Shown here: piece after piece, positions 9,398-17,572 of the stretch
Layout of the letters: the number at the start of each line of letters is the position of its first letter
Position numbering within the stretch: position 1 is the first letter of the stretch
IMG/VR virus record: IMGVR_UViG_3300031857_000291
Location: 1-50,656 of that record
Reading direction: 5' to 3' (one strand)
Length of the DNA: 50,656 bases
Source of the DNA: a virus
Lineage: Duplodnaviria; Caudoviricetes
Notes under the pieces: model-generated
What the model saw: the letters and a program-made list of their open reading frames with translations, nothing else
Told to the model about the DNA's origin: nothing
The model's database searches: none
Made by a program: the position numbers and the translations under genes

Positions 9398-9553
9398 CAC
9401 ACGGGGGTGGAGACAGACGCCGCCCTTTACCTCTGCCTATGTCAATTTTGGGTTCCGGGTTCCTGGCGCTCAGGTCTGGGGCCCCTGGAGGTTCTGGTCG
9501 CTCAGGTCTAGGGATCAGGTTAGTGGGCGCTTACTTCTATTCCGGCGCACGCA

Positions 9554-9675
9554 CTAGGGGTTTCTACCTAGGGGTTTACCCTTAGGGGTTTACCCTTAAG
9601 GGTTTCCACCTAGGGGTTTACCCTGGGTGTTCCGCCTAGCAATCCGCATGCCAGGGGCATTAGGGTTTGTACCTA
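9554..9675. repeat. Five tandem 14-bp units (consensus CTAGGGGTTTACCC) plus a related site at 9661-9675
   Basis: Units at 9554, 9568, 9582, 9596 and 9610; same motif as the promoter box at 13473, 14504, 17530 and 28598. Confidence 0.9.
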
Positions 9676-9798
9676 GCAAAAACTTTCGGCATGTAAGGTT
9701 CGTGTAAGCTTCGCCCGCATAATGAGTGGCATGCACTAAGTGATGGTGCATACCGTAAGGGGCCCGGTGCATGGCCCCTAGCGTAAAGGAAGCCTACC

Positions 9799-10206
9799 AT
9801 GGCACGCAAGCAAAAGACCCCGGCCCCCGTGGCCCCCGTAGTCGTTGAGGCCCCCGCAGTGGCCGAAGCCCCCGCAGTGGCCGAAGCCCCTGCCCCTGCC
9901 CCTGCCCCCGTAGTGGTGGCGGGTACCGAAGTGACCCTGACCAAGTCGCAGGTCGCGCTGACCACTGCTAAACACGGCGGACGCGTGATGCCCGGACAGG
10001 TGGGCAAGCACTATACGGTCGGTGGCAAACCTTACCGTGTCCGGACAGCTACGAATGCTGCGCAGTGGCAAGCCGTGCTGAGCGCCATCAGCAAGGGTGC
10101 CGGGAAGGCCACCGTAGATGGCATGGTGGCCGAGGGCTTCCCCCTTACCCTTGCAGCCCCCTTCGTCAGCTATGCGGTGAACCGAGGCTGGCTGGCTGAA
10201 GTGTAA
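9799..10206 (+). CDS. Hypothetical early protein with Ala/Pro/Val-rich N-terminus
   Basis: AAGGAAG RBS, CATAAT at 9718 and a terminator directly after the stop; EAPAVA repeats. Confidence 0.75.
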   Translation: MARKQKTPAPVAPVVVEAPAVAEAPAVAEAPAPAPAPVVVAGTEVTLTKSQVALTTAKHGGRVMPGQVGKHYTVGGKPYRVRTATNAAQWQAVLSAISKGAGKATVDGMVAEGFPLTLAAPFVSYAVNRGWLAEV

Positions 10207-10214
10207 GCCCCTAC

Positions 10215-10242
10215 AAGCCCCCGGTAACCCCGGGGGCTTTTT
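10215..10242 (+). terminator. Intrinsic terminator
   Basis: AAGCCCCCGG/CCGGGGGCTT stem followed by a T-run. Confidence 0.8.
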
Positions 10243-10267
10243 GACTCCTTACCCTGAGGACCTGACC

Positions 10268-10351
10268 ATGACCGAGAACGAGAAGTGTATGCTCACCGCG
10301 CTGGGGGCCATTGTGGCACTTGCAGTGTTTTTCGCAGTGATGATGTACTGA
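10268..10351 (+). CDS. 27-aa single-pass membrane peptide; not in the ORF track
   Basis: GAGGA RBS; MTENEKCMLTALGAIVALAVFFAVMMY. Confidence 0.5.
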   Translation: MTENEKCMLTALGAIVALAVFFAVMMY

Positions 10352-10365
10352 CCTGACGACCCCAC

Positions 10366-10425
10366 GGCCCCCTAGGGGCCTTTGTTTTTTGGCCCCCTAG
10401 GGTAACCCCTAGGGGGCTTTGTTTT
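10366..10425 (+). terminator. Two tandem intrinsic terminators
   Basis: GGCCCC/GGGGCC followed by TTTGTTTTTT; GCCCCCTAGGG/CCCTAGGGGGC followed by TTTGTTTT. Confidence 0.7.
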
Positions 10426-10438
10426 GTGGGCACCTGAC

Positions 10439-10513
10439 CCCTGCCCTGCCCTGCCCTGCCCTGCCCTGCCCTGCCCTGCCCTGCCCTGCCCTGCCCTGCC
10501 CTGCCCTGCCCTG
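10439..10513. repeat. (CCCTG)15 perfect pentanucleotide microsatellite
   Basis: Counted directly; reads (CAGGG)15 on the minus strand. Confidence 0.97.
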
Positions 10514-10519
10514 CCCCCC

Positions 10520-10620
10520 GAGGACGCTGACCTGACGACCGACGACCGAGGACGCTGACCTGACGACCGACGACCGAGGAGGACGACCGACGACTTGACT
10601 GCGAGACCTGACGACCCGAG
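10520..10620. repeat. 28-bp direct repeat x2 (GAGGACGCTGACCTGACGACCGACGACC) with degenerate GACGACC units
   Basis: Copies at 10520-10547 and 10548-10575. Confidence 0.85.
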
Positions 10621-10707
10621 TCCAAGACTCTTAGACTTTTAGGCCTGCGTTCGAGGTCCATATACGCGTGCGCGGGCGTTTAAGACCTCAGCTCCAGGTG
10701 TTCAGCC

Positions 10708-10780
10708 GCTCGGTGGGGTGGGTCATTGTTTTGGAAACCAAGACCTCGGCGCTCGGTGGGAAGGTCATTGTTTTGGAAAT
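10708..10780. repeat. Imperfect direct repeat GCTCGGTGGG..GGTCATTGTTTTGGAAA x2
   Basis: Two copies visible in this interval. Confidence 0.8.
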
Positions 10781-10936
10781 AAAGTGCCTAAAGCGGGGGT
10801 TTTCTGCCCAGTTTTTGTATACAAAGTCATTTAACACCGAAAACCTGAGCCGGTAACACGCGCACCACACCGGAGCACGCTCTAGATACCAACCTGTTGC
10901 GCTCAAGCAACACAACACCTATCCGTGGCGGGGGCA

Positions 10937-11158
10937 GGTAACAGTGGTATACGGTAACAGTGGGGGTGCCATAGCGCTTTATATGGGGGTGTATATGATA
11001 CAGACATTAAAAGAATACATTGCATGCCACACATAGACACAACCCGTCTAATTTACTGTTACCACTGTTACTGTGCCCAAAACCCCTTGCAAAACAAGCA
11101 CTTAGCAGGTAACATCACATTATTTAGTGATGTTACCACTGTTACTCGCGATGTTACC
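10937..11158. other. Putative replication origin (GGTAACA iterons flanking an AT-rich core)
   Basis: GGTAACAGTGG at 10937 and 10953; ACTGTTAC at 11055, 11064 and 11138; 11-bp inverted repeat GGTAACATCAC/GTGATGTTACC (11108/11127). Adjacent to the primase 3' end. Confidence 0.55.
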
Positions 11159-13292
11159 ACCCCAACTTTTTGAGGTGCGCGTTCACAGCACCGCTATCCC
11201 ACTCCTTGTCCCTACCCTGTACGACCCAGAACCGCTCGGGCTGCCCCGTGCTGGGCCTCTTAATCAACTTGCCGCCGTGCGCCTGTTGGAACCCCCCATT
11301 CCGCAGCGCGTTTGACAAGCTCTTAACCTTGCCGGGTGAAAGTTCCGCCTCACTCTCTCCGTAGTAGAGCACGGCAAGTTCCTTAGCGGTCCACACCGCT
11401 TTGCTCTGCCCGGGCAGGGGCAGCACGGCTTCGGGGTCAGCGTAGAGGTCCGCCACCCAGGCCTCCATGGGGGACATGGTGGCGGACTTAACTTCTTCTT
11501 TCCATGACGTAGCGGGTGCCCACGCGGCGGGGTCAAACCAACTAATGTCCACCCCTAGCAGATAATTGTAGAGCGCGGAGGGTCCCCACCCATTCTCCGC
11601 CCACTTAACATACCTCTGCCAGTAGGCTTGGTCCCCCCGCCTGTCAACTCCCCCCACGCCCCAACGCACCACGCAAGCACGTCTATCGTCTTGGTCGAGC
11701 TTCACACAATCCCAGTAGTTGCTCGTAATGACAAGATTCACGTGGTTAGCTATCTCATACTCGGGCTGACCCTTGCGGTTAACCTTCAGCATTTCCTGAG
11801 TGACGAGAGCCTTGACCCGTTGGCTCACCATGTCCTCCTCCCCACGGGCGCGTACCAACTCATCCGCGTGTACAAACTGCCGCTGCGCATAGTAGCTGGT
11901 GAACGTACTTTTAAGCGCATCCGTATCAACGATTACGGCATTCCCACCGTAGATGGCATGTAGCGGTTTGAAAAACAGATTTTTCCCCGTGCCGCTGGGG
12001 CCAAACATCAACACATAGCTGTTCAACTTCTTGCCAGGGTTCTGTAGTGGATAAGCGCACCACGCCACTATCCACTGCCGTAGCTCATCGTTGTCCACGT
12101 TATTGGCCAACAGCTCCAGCCAGGGGTCAACGTCCCCTGGCTCGGGGTCTAGGCCCATGCCGCGCCACAGGTTCAAGTTAGGTAGCCCGCCACGGTCACC
12201 CATGATTAACCTGCCCTTACCCGGGCTGTACTCAAGGCTTTGGGCCTCTACACGATCAACACTGCTCAGCCATACGCGGGGCACATTCACCTGCCGCGTG
12301 CGCTCGCCGTCCTCAACCTCCACGGTAAAGTGCGCGTAGTTCACATCAGTAAACACGGCGCGGGTCATCAGGTCGCCGGTGGCTTGGTCGGCAATACGGC
12401 CCAGCTCTCGCACCACGCACACCTCGCTACTGAGCTGTAGCATCATCTGGTGGTACTCGCTAATGTCAACGGGTGTTCCTTCACCCTGTAGAAACTCCAG
12501 CGCCTGCGCGTCCCCCACCCGGGCGCGGTAGTCGTCAAAGCCTTGGTCCTCACCACCCTCCGCTTTCGGCACCCGTAGGGCCACAGCTTGACGCCCGGTA
12601 ATCTCCATCAGCTTGGTGGCAAGCGCATTCTCAGCCGCTTGCACCTGCCAGTTATCCCACGCGTTGCTGTCGAACACGATTACGGGCTGGAGCTGTAGTG
12701 CCTTCCACGGCAGGTCCTTCAACTCCTCCACCAGGGCGATGTTATGCTTGCGGCTGCTCCAGCCCCACACGCCATTCAACCCCACGCTGGGTACGCCGAG
12801 CACCGCGCCGTTGATTGCTTTGATGCACGACTCGTGAATGTACACCCTATCCCCACTGGCGAGCTTCCGCCAGTCGTACACTGGGGGCAGATAGGCGTGG
12901 GGGCTTTCGTTAGGTGGGCAAAACATCTTGCCCGGAGTGCGTGCCTTGCTGGCGTCCACCACGTCAGCAAAGCTGGTGACCACCCGCAGCTCCACCTTGT
13001 CCATCAGCGGCACAAGGCGTGCGCTCCACCACTCAATAACCTGGTCCTTGTCCCCCAGCTTAAAGTGTGGGAAGACCACTGCCGCCCGGTTATCCGCCGC
13101 GTTGACCTGCGTGCTGCGCCGCGCAGCGGCAATCAGCTCAACGGCTTGCATCACGTGCAGGCCGCACTGGTCGGCAACCGCCCTGCTCACCCCACGCTGG
13201 GCTAAGTAGTCCCACACACGGCCGATGCCGGGGAACTGCTTCTCCTCCCTGTGGTTCTTAAACGACAGGCTTATCTCATTGAACGTTAACAC
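11154..13292 (-). CDS. DNA primase-helicase (DUF3854-like TOPRIM + SF3/DUF5906-like ATPase)
   Basis: TOPRIM motifs IHESCIKA, IVFDSN and GFDDY; Walker A GPSGTGKN; ADE; ITSN; DDRR. AAGGGG RBS. Confidence 0.85.
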   Translation of the reverse strand: MLTFNEISLSFKNHREEKQFPGIGRVWDYLAQRGVSRAVADQCGLHVMQAVELIAAARRSTQVNAADNRAAVVFPHFKLGDKDQVIEWWSARLVPLMDKVELRVVTSFADVVDASKARTPGKMFCPPNESPHAYLPPVYDWRKLASGDRVYIHESCIKAINGAVLGVPSVGLNGVWGWSSRKHNIALVEELKDLPWKALQLQPVIVFDSNAWDNWQVQAAENALATKLMEITGRQAVALRVPKAEGGEDQGFDDYRARVGDAQALEFLQGEGTPVDISEYHQMMLQLSSEVCVVRELGRIADQATGDLMTRAVFTDVNYAHFTVEVEDGERTRQVNVPRVWLSSVDRVEAQSLEYSPGKGRLIMGDRGGLPNLNLWRGMGLDPEPGDVDPWLELLANNVDNDELRQWIVAWCAYPLQNPGKKLNSYVLMFGPSGTGKNLFFKPLHAIYGGNAVIVDTDALKSTFTSYYAQRQFVHADELVRARGEEDMVSQRVKALVTQEMLKVNRKGQPEYEIANHVNLVITSNYWDCVKLDQDDRRACVVRWGVGGVDRRGDQAYWQRYVKWAENGWGPSALYNYLLGVDISWFDPAAWAPATSWKEEVKSATMSPMEAWVADLYADPEAVLPLPGQSKAVWTAKELAVLYYGESEAELSPGKVKSLSNALRNGGFQQAHGGKLIKRPSTGQPERFWVVQGRDKEWDSGAVNAHLKKLGW

Positions 13293-13306
13293 AGTCTACA
13301 ATCCCC

Positions 13307-13334
13307 TTGCGTGCGGGCCTGCGCACGCTATAAT
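13307..13334 (+). promoter_or_regulatory. Sigma70-like promoter TTGCGT-N16-TATAAT, antisense to the primase leader
   Basis: Near-consensus hexamers, with no plus-strand protein start before the next terminator. Confidence 0.6.
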
Positions 13335-13339
13335 GGGGG

Positions 13340-13440
13340 CGCTCCAGCCAGAGCACGCTCCCCGTACTAGTCCCATCTCCGGTGAAGCCGGAGGTCTGAA
13401 AGGCCCAGTCCCCTCACCCCGGGGACTGGGCCTTTGCTTT
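13340..13440 (+). ncRNA. Candidate ~100-nt small (antisense) RNA
   Basis: Promoter upstream; internal hairpin CTCCGG/CCGGAG (13377-13393); 15-bp stem AAAGGCCCAGTCCCC/GGGGACTGGGCCTTT followed by GCTTT. Confidence 0.45.
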
Positions 13441-13446
13441 AGTGTA
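13441..13446 (-). promoter_or_regulatory. TACACT -10 element of the probable primase promoter
   Basis: Same TACACTA as the other minus-strand promoters; the -35 is non-canonical. Confidence 0.4.
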
Positions 13447-13472
13447 CCCCCACCCCCATTAAGAAGATAGCT

Positions 13473-13515
13473 TAGGGTAAACCCCAGTACTTCCAAACAG
13501 TCGCTGCGCCACAAT
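13473..13515 (+). promoter_or_regulatory. Box-type promoter: TAGGGTAAACCCCAG-N22-CACAAT
   Basis: Identical 22-nt spacing at four loci. Confidence 0.65.
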
Positions 13516-13568
13516 ACCCTTACTGGCAAAGCCGCCAGGGTTCTAGTTGACAGTAAGGAGTGTGTAGA

Positions 13569-13817
13569 ATGCTAAAAGACTCTTGGATAGTCGAGGTGAC
13601 TGACACCTTTGGCGGCGCGGCTAACTACGCCTGGGTGCGGCGGGCATTCCTCGCCACGCCGCCCGCCCTCACCCGCCGGAGCCTTGTGCGCCGCGCCAAG
13701 GCGCTGATGTGTTGGAGCGGCCGCCCCTGCGCCGTGTACGACCATGGCGACCAACTCGAGCTCCGCCCGCGCTGCTCCAGCGTTGTCATGTTCATCACCT
13801 ACGCGGGGCAGGCATGA
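13569..13817 (+). CDS. Hypothetical early protein
   Basis: TAAGGAG RBS; EVTDTFGGAANYAWVRR motif. Confidence 0.7.
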   Translation: MLKDSWIVEVTDTFGGAANYAWVRRAFLATPPALTRRSLVRRAKALMCWSGRPCAVYDHGDQLELRPRCSSVVMFITYAGQA

Positions 13818-13990
13818 TAGTGACGCGCTGCATTGCTCCACCCGTGCCCACGCGGCAATGGGACTGGGTGGCGTTCGTCCAGGGCGACGAGGAAGCCAAC
13901 GGCCCCACCGGGCGTGGCCCCACCGAGGCCGAAGCCCTGCTCGACTTGTGCGAGCAGCTAGCCCAGCGAGTTGCTGAGGGTAGAGAATGA
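13814..13990 (+). CDS. Hypothetical early protein (58 aa)
   Basis: ATGA-coupled; MIVTRCIAPPVPTRQWDWVA...GRGPTEAEAL. Confidence 0.65.
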   Translation: MIVTRCIAPPVPTRQWDWVAFVQGDEEANGPTGRGPTEAEALLDLCEQLAQRVAEGRE

Positions 13991-14250
13991 CCTACGCTGG
14001 CAAGTACCGCAGCGCGGGGTTCCGCCCCCGGGACGTACCCGCCACCGCAGTGGTGACTAAGCCGTTGCTCCGGGTAACTGAGCGCCCCGCGAGCCTCCAG
14101 GCGGCTGACACTACCTACGCTCCACGCCCCACGCCGGACAGGTACACGGGCACAGAGTGCATCGGCATCGCGGCCATGCACAAGTCCAACCTAGTGCCAG
14201 TGTTCACCCCCGCGCAGGCGGTTGACGCTGCCTCCATGCGGAGAGGGTGA
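13987..14250 (+). CDS. Hypothetical phage protein
   Basis: YTG..CIGIAAMHKSNLVPVF..A..MRR motif; coupled to the upstream gene. Confidence 0.7.
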   Translation: MTYAGKYRSAGFRPRDVPATAVVTKPLLRVTERPASLQAADTTYAPRPTPDRYTGTECIGIAAMHKSNLVPVFTPAQAVDAASMRRG

Positions 14251-14257
14251 CACCACC

Positions 14258-14506
14258 ATGTTGCTTGAAACACGCATTTGCGGCATCCCCTGCCGTGTGG
14301 ACGCCACCGTGCTTGTAGTGCCCGGGCGCATGAGCTGGAACGCCCCTAGTGACCTTGACTACTGGGGCTACACCGAGATTGACTTTACGGTGCTTGACCG
14401 GCGCGGCCGCCCCGCCCCCTGGCTGGAGCGGAAGATGACGGACTATGACCGTGAGCGGCTGGAGGAGGAGCTGCTCAACGCCCACACCAACTACGACCCG
14501 TACTAG
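14258..14506 (+). CDS. Hypothetical phage protein
   Basis: MLLETRICGIPC...LDRRGRPAPWLERK. Confidence 0.7.
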   Translation: MLLETRICGIPCRVDATVLVVPGRMSWNAPSDLDYWGYTEIDFTVLDRRGRPAPWLERKMTDYDRERLEEELLNAHTNYDPY

Positions 14507-14547
14507 GTGTTTACCCCTATTGTGCAGACTAATCAACACTGCACAAT
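14504..14547 (+). promoter_or_regulatory. Box-type promoter: TAGGTGTTTACCCCTA-TTGTGC-N16-CACAAT
   Basis: Box directly abuts the -35; conserved spacing. Confidence 0.65.
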
Positions 14548-14601
14548 GGCTTTGCCTGCAAGGTGCAGGCGTTCTAGTTTCAACCTGAGGAGTTTGCTGA
14601 T

Positions 14602-14841
14602 ATGCGAGTTTACCTTGACCTGGGCTACGACTGCCGCGCTGCCGTGGACCTTACCCCCGCTGAGCTTGACACCCTTACCAAGGTGCTGGACCGTGCCCGC
14701 CCCGTGAGCGGCTGGTGGCACGGAGATGCCGAGCTCAAGCTGGCCGAGAAGCGCAGCGTAGAGTACAACGTCCGCGTGGTGCCTGCCAGCGTCAAACTGG
14801 TGGAGTACGTGGCTGAGCAACCCACCACCACGGAGGCTTGA
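14602..14841 (+). CDS. Hypothetical protein
   Basis: GAGGAG RBS. Confidence 0.7.
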   Translation: MRVYLDLGYDCRAAVDLTPAELDTLTKVLDRARPVSGWWHGDAELKLAEKRSVEYNVRVVPASVKLVEYVAEQPTTTEA

Positions 14842-14842
14842 G

Positions 14843-15262
14843 ATGGGCGACCGTGTACTGATGCAGTGCCACTCAGCCAAGAGTGGCAGATTCGGCCCCG
14901 TGGTGTATTGCCACTGGCTGGGGGACAAAGCACCGCAGATTGTCAACCAGCTGATTAACCGCATGCGTGGCCGCAGCGGAGACGTTGACTGCACCAGCGC
15001 TCGGCTGGTGCAGGAATGTACGCTAGCGCAAGCTGACCCTGCCACCTGCATGGGCATTGGCGTGTGGAACAGTGACCACCTGCTCACCGCCAAGGACAGC
15101 CACGGGGACGCTGGCTGCGTCCTGATTGACGTGGACAACTGGGCTATCACCTACGTGGGAGGATACCTGGAGCATGACGGCTTGTTGAAGTCCACAGAGC
15201 AGCAAGCACAGGACGCTTTGTATGCCCACATGGCTACTACCCCCTTAGTGGGGGCAAATTAA
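14843..15262 (+). CDS. Hypothetical protein
   Basis: GGAGG RBS; MGDR...VYCHW motif. Confidence 0.7.
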   Translation: MGDRVLMQCHSAKSGRFGPVVYCHWLGDKAPQIVNQLINRMRGRSGDVDCTSARLVQECTLAQADPATCMGIGVWNSDHLLTAKDSHGDAGCVLIDVDNWAITYVGGYLEHDGLLKSTEQQAQDALYAHMATTPLVGAN

Positions 15263-15283
15263 CGCCACCACGGGGCACCTGAC

Positions 15284-15646
15284 GTGTCTGCTGGGCAACC
15301 CGTAACCCCCGCGCCCCGTGCGCTGGCTCTGGTTGCCCAGCTACGGTGGATTTACAGCACGTCCACCGCAGTGCACGCCCCTCTAGTGCTAGAGGCCCTT
15401 ACCATACTAGAGCAAGCAGTGAAAGACGAGACAACAACCTACCTCTTCGACGACGGCACAGAGCCTACCGTCCGTCGCCTACCCAAGGGCTGTGACCAGC
15501 AGGGCCGCTTTCCCGAGGCAGCGGAAGCTGCAACAGAAGTGGGCGCTGATGATGCCCCCGTGGGTATTGGTTCCATCGTCCTGAGGAGCGTGAAGGCCAT
15601 CATCATTGTCGGCGTGATTGCTTTTCTTGTGGGGGTGTTGGCATGA
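15284..15646 (+). CDS. Hypothetical protein with C-terminal TM helix
   Basis: Ends AIIIVGVIAFLVGVLA; start uncertain. Confidence 0.5.
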   Translation: MSAGQPVTPAPRALALVAQLRWIYSTSTAVHAPLVLEALTILEQAVKDETTTYLFDDGTEPTVRRLPKGCDQQGRFPEAAEAATEVGADDAPVGIGSIVLRSVKAIIIVGVIAFLVGVLA

Positions 15647-15987
15647 CTGAGAAGAGTGAAGCCCTGCGGCTGGCTGATGCGTTAGAAGTGTCGATTAGTG
15701 ATGCATGGCACAAAGAAGCCGCCACCGAACTGCGCCGCCTTCATGCGGAGAACGAGAAATTCCGCAAGCACATTGAGGGCCAGAACACTGAGCTGGACAA
15801 ACTGATTCCTATGGCTGAAAGGCTTGAGGCCCAGCGCGATGCGATGCTGGAGGCGTTGAAAAGCACAGGCCTGTTTCTGCACCACTGCTGGTGCGATGTG
15901 CAGATGAACGACTACTCGTTCGAGAAGCTGAATCAGCAAATGCAGATCGTTGACGCTGCCATTAAGTCGGTGGAGGAGGGGAAATGA
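15643..15987 (+). CDS. Hypothetical protein
   Basis: EALRLADAL...AATELRRLHAE coiled-coil motif. Confidence 0.7.
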   Translation: MTEKSEALRLADALEVSISDAWHKEAATELRRLHAENEKFRKHIEGQNTELDKLIPMAERLEAQRDAMLEALKSTGLFLHHCWCDVQMNDYSFEKLNQQMQIVDAAIKSVEEGK

Positions 15988-16205
15988 GCGACTACGGGGA
16001 TTTGTGCCGCGATCTACGCAGCTCCAAGCGTGAACACCGCCTCAAGCATGGAGTGCTCTGCCCCGAGTGCAAACGCGTTCGACCCAAAGCGCACCCCACG
16101 ATCTTGCTGCCGCAGCAGCGGTGCAAGGTGGACGGCTACCGCGATCCCCGCCCGCGTGGCGAGACTTACTTTGACGCCATCAAGGCGGTGGAGGAAAACA
16201 CATGA
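15984..16205 (+). CDS. Hypothetical Zn-finger-like protein
   Basis: CPEC...C motif; GGAGG RBS. Confidence 0.65.
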   Translation: MSDYGDLCRDLRSSKREHRLKHGVLCPECKRVRPKAHPTILLPQQRCKVDGYRDPRPRGETYFDAIKAVEENT

Positions 16206-16363
16206 CCCCGACAAACAAGCTGCGCTTTGTGGAGCGCGAAGTGCCTTGCGGAGACGGCTATTCCAAGACCATCCGCGTTCTTCAGCAGTGGTGGGAGCCG
16301 CCTTATCCTGGCCCTGCTATTCCGGGCGAATGGCGGGACGTACCGCTGGAGGAAGAAGTATGA
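16202..16363 (+). CDS. Hypothetical protein (53 aa); not in the ORF track
   Basis: MTPTNKLRFVER...VLQQWW...EWRDVP; ATGA overlaps at both ends. Confidence 0.7.
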   Translation: MTPTNKLRFVEREVPCGDGYSKTIRVLQQWWEPPYPGPAIPGEWRDVPLEEEV

Positions 16364-16683
16364 ACGAGACAGACCGTGAACTGCTTGAGGCCGCTGCGAA
16401 GGCGGCTGGGATTTACTACTGGATTGACGCCGACGCTGTTGTTACGCACAGCGACACGCCCGGTTCAACGCGGGAATGGAACCCACTCACCGACGACGGC
16501 GATGCGCTGCGGCTGGCGGTGAAGTTGCGGCTTATGCCGGTCATTGAGGAATGGTCTGACGGGCTGCGGGTATTCGTGCCATCGCATCTTGATGGCGTCG
16601 AGCGTTTGTCCGGCGACCCCCTCGCCGCCACCCGCCGCGCCATCGTCAGGGCTGCGGCTGAGATTGGAAGGAGCATGAAATGA
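16360..16683 (+). CDS. Hypothetical phage protein
   Basis: MNETDRELLEAAAKAAG...WNPLTDDGDALRLAV...TRRAIVRAAAEIG; the true start is 16360. Confidence 0.75.
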   Translation: MNETDRELLEAAAKAAGIYYWIDADAVVTHSDTPGSTREWNPLTDDGDALRLAVKLRLMPVIEEWSDGLRVFVPSHLDGVERLSGDPLAATRRAIVRAAAEIGRSMK

Positions 16684-16853
16684 TCACCCTACAGGAAGCC
16701 CTCCACGTTGTCCCGCTCAACGACCTGCGTGAACACGTTGCCAGCAAGAACTGCTGGTGCAAGCCGACCGAAGACGATCAAGTCGATGACGTTTGGATTC
16801 ATCACTCGATGGATCAACGAGAGCAATACGAAGAAGGAAGGAACATGACATGA
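16680..16853 (+). CDS. Hypothetical protein (57 aa); not in the ORF track
   Basis: MITLQEALHVVPLNDLREH...CWCKP...HHSMD; coupled at both ends. Confidence 0.7.
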   Translation: MITLQEALHVVPLNDLREHVASKNCWCKPTEDDQVDDVWIHHSMDQREQYEEGRNMT

Positions 16854-17284
16854 CCAAGATCACAATTGACCGCGCCGTGGTGGAGCAGGCGCTGGAGGCG
16901 TTGGAGCTACTGCAAAACGCCATCTACAACATTGGGGGTGAACACGTCACCGGATGGGGCTATGCGAACGATGCTGCTGATTCAGCCGAGAAGCCAATCA
17001 CCACCCTCAAGGCCGCGCTGGTAGAGCCGCAGGAGCCGGGGTTTTGGGGGCGTGTTGCGGCACGACAGGCCAGCAGGATCAAGCAACTTGAAACCACCGG
17101 CCAGCAGACGCTGGAGGCGTTGGAGAATTTTGGAATGAAGCACTACGAGAACACTGGCGAAGTGCTGCACAGAGACGTTTACGAAGCCCTCAAGGCCGCG
17201 CTGGCAGAGCCACAGAATCCTTGCAACCCTTCGTGCGCTCCGGGCTACTGCTACTGTGAGCCGGTGCATGGGGTCAAAGAGTGA
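16850..17284 (+). CDS. Hypothetical protein with internal duplication
   Basis: Two LEALE...LKAAL.EPQ units. Confidence 0.65.
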   Translation: MTKITIDRAVVEQALEALELLQNAIYNIGGEHVTGWGYANDAADSAEKPITTLKAALVEPQEPGFWGRVAARQASRIKQLETTGQQTLEALENFGMKHYENTGEVLHRDVYEALKAALAEPQNPCNPSCAPGYCYCEPVHGVKE

Positions 17285-17532
17285 GCATCGTCACCCACGT
17301 CGCCGTCTTCTTCGCCCGCAACCCTGACGAAGAATTGACTGCTCACGACATCGGCATCAAATGGGGCATGAAACCCAACAACATCGGCCACTCGCTGAAG
17401 TACGCCGAGCAATCAGGCTGGGTCAAGCGCACCAAGCGCACCGACCCCGGCGCGCGATACAAGTACCACTGGGTCTACACCGCTGGCCCGCTGTTACTCA
17501 AGCAAGTTGAAAAGTCCCGCAGCGCACCCTAG
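17281..17532 (+). CDS. Winged-helix-like DNA-binding protein
   Basis: FFARNPDEELT..DI..KW...I..SL......GW pattern. Confidence 0.55.
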   Translation: MSIVTHVAVFFARNPDEELTAHDIGIKWGMKPNNIGHSLKYAEQSGWVKRTKRTDPGARYKYHWVYTAGPLLLKQVEKSRSAP

Positions 17533-17572
17533 GGTAAACCCCTATGGCACGGGTAAGTCAAAAGCGCAAAAT
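17530..17572 (+). promoter_or_regulatory. Box-type promoter: TAGGGTAAACCCCTA-TGGCAC-N16-CAAAAT
   Basis: Conserved box and spacing. Confidence 0.65.

Noticed and set aside
9554-9623. Telomere-like TTAGGG repeats
   Set aside because: The unit is 14 bp, quasi-palindromic and matches the promoter box; the resemblance is coincidental.
10293-10661. 122-aa ORF with GQGRA repeats
   Set aside because: Simply a translation of the microsatellite; no RBS, and it crosses terminators.
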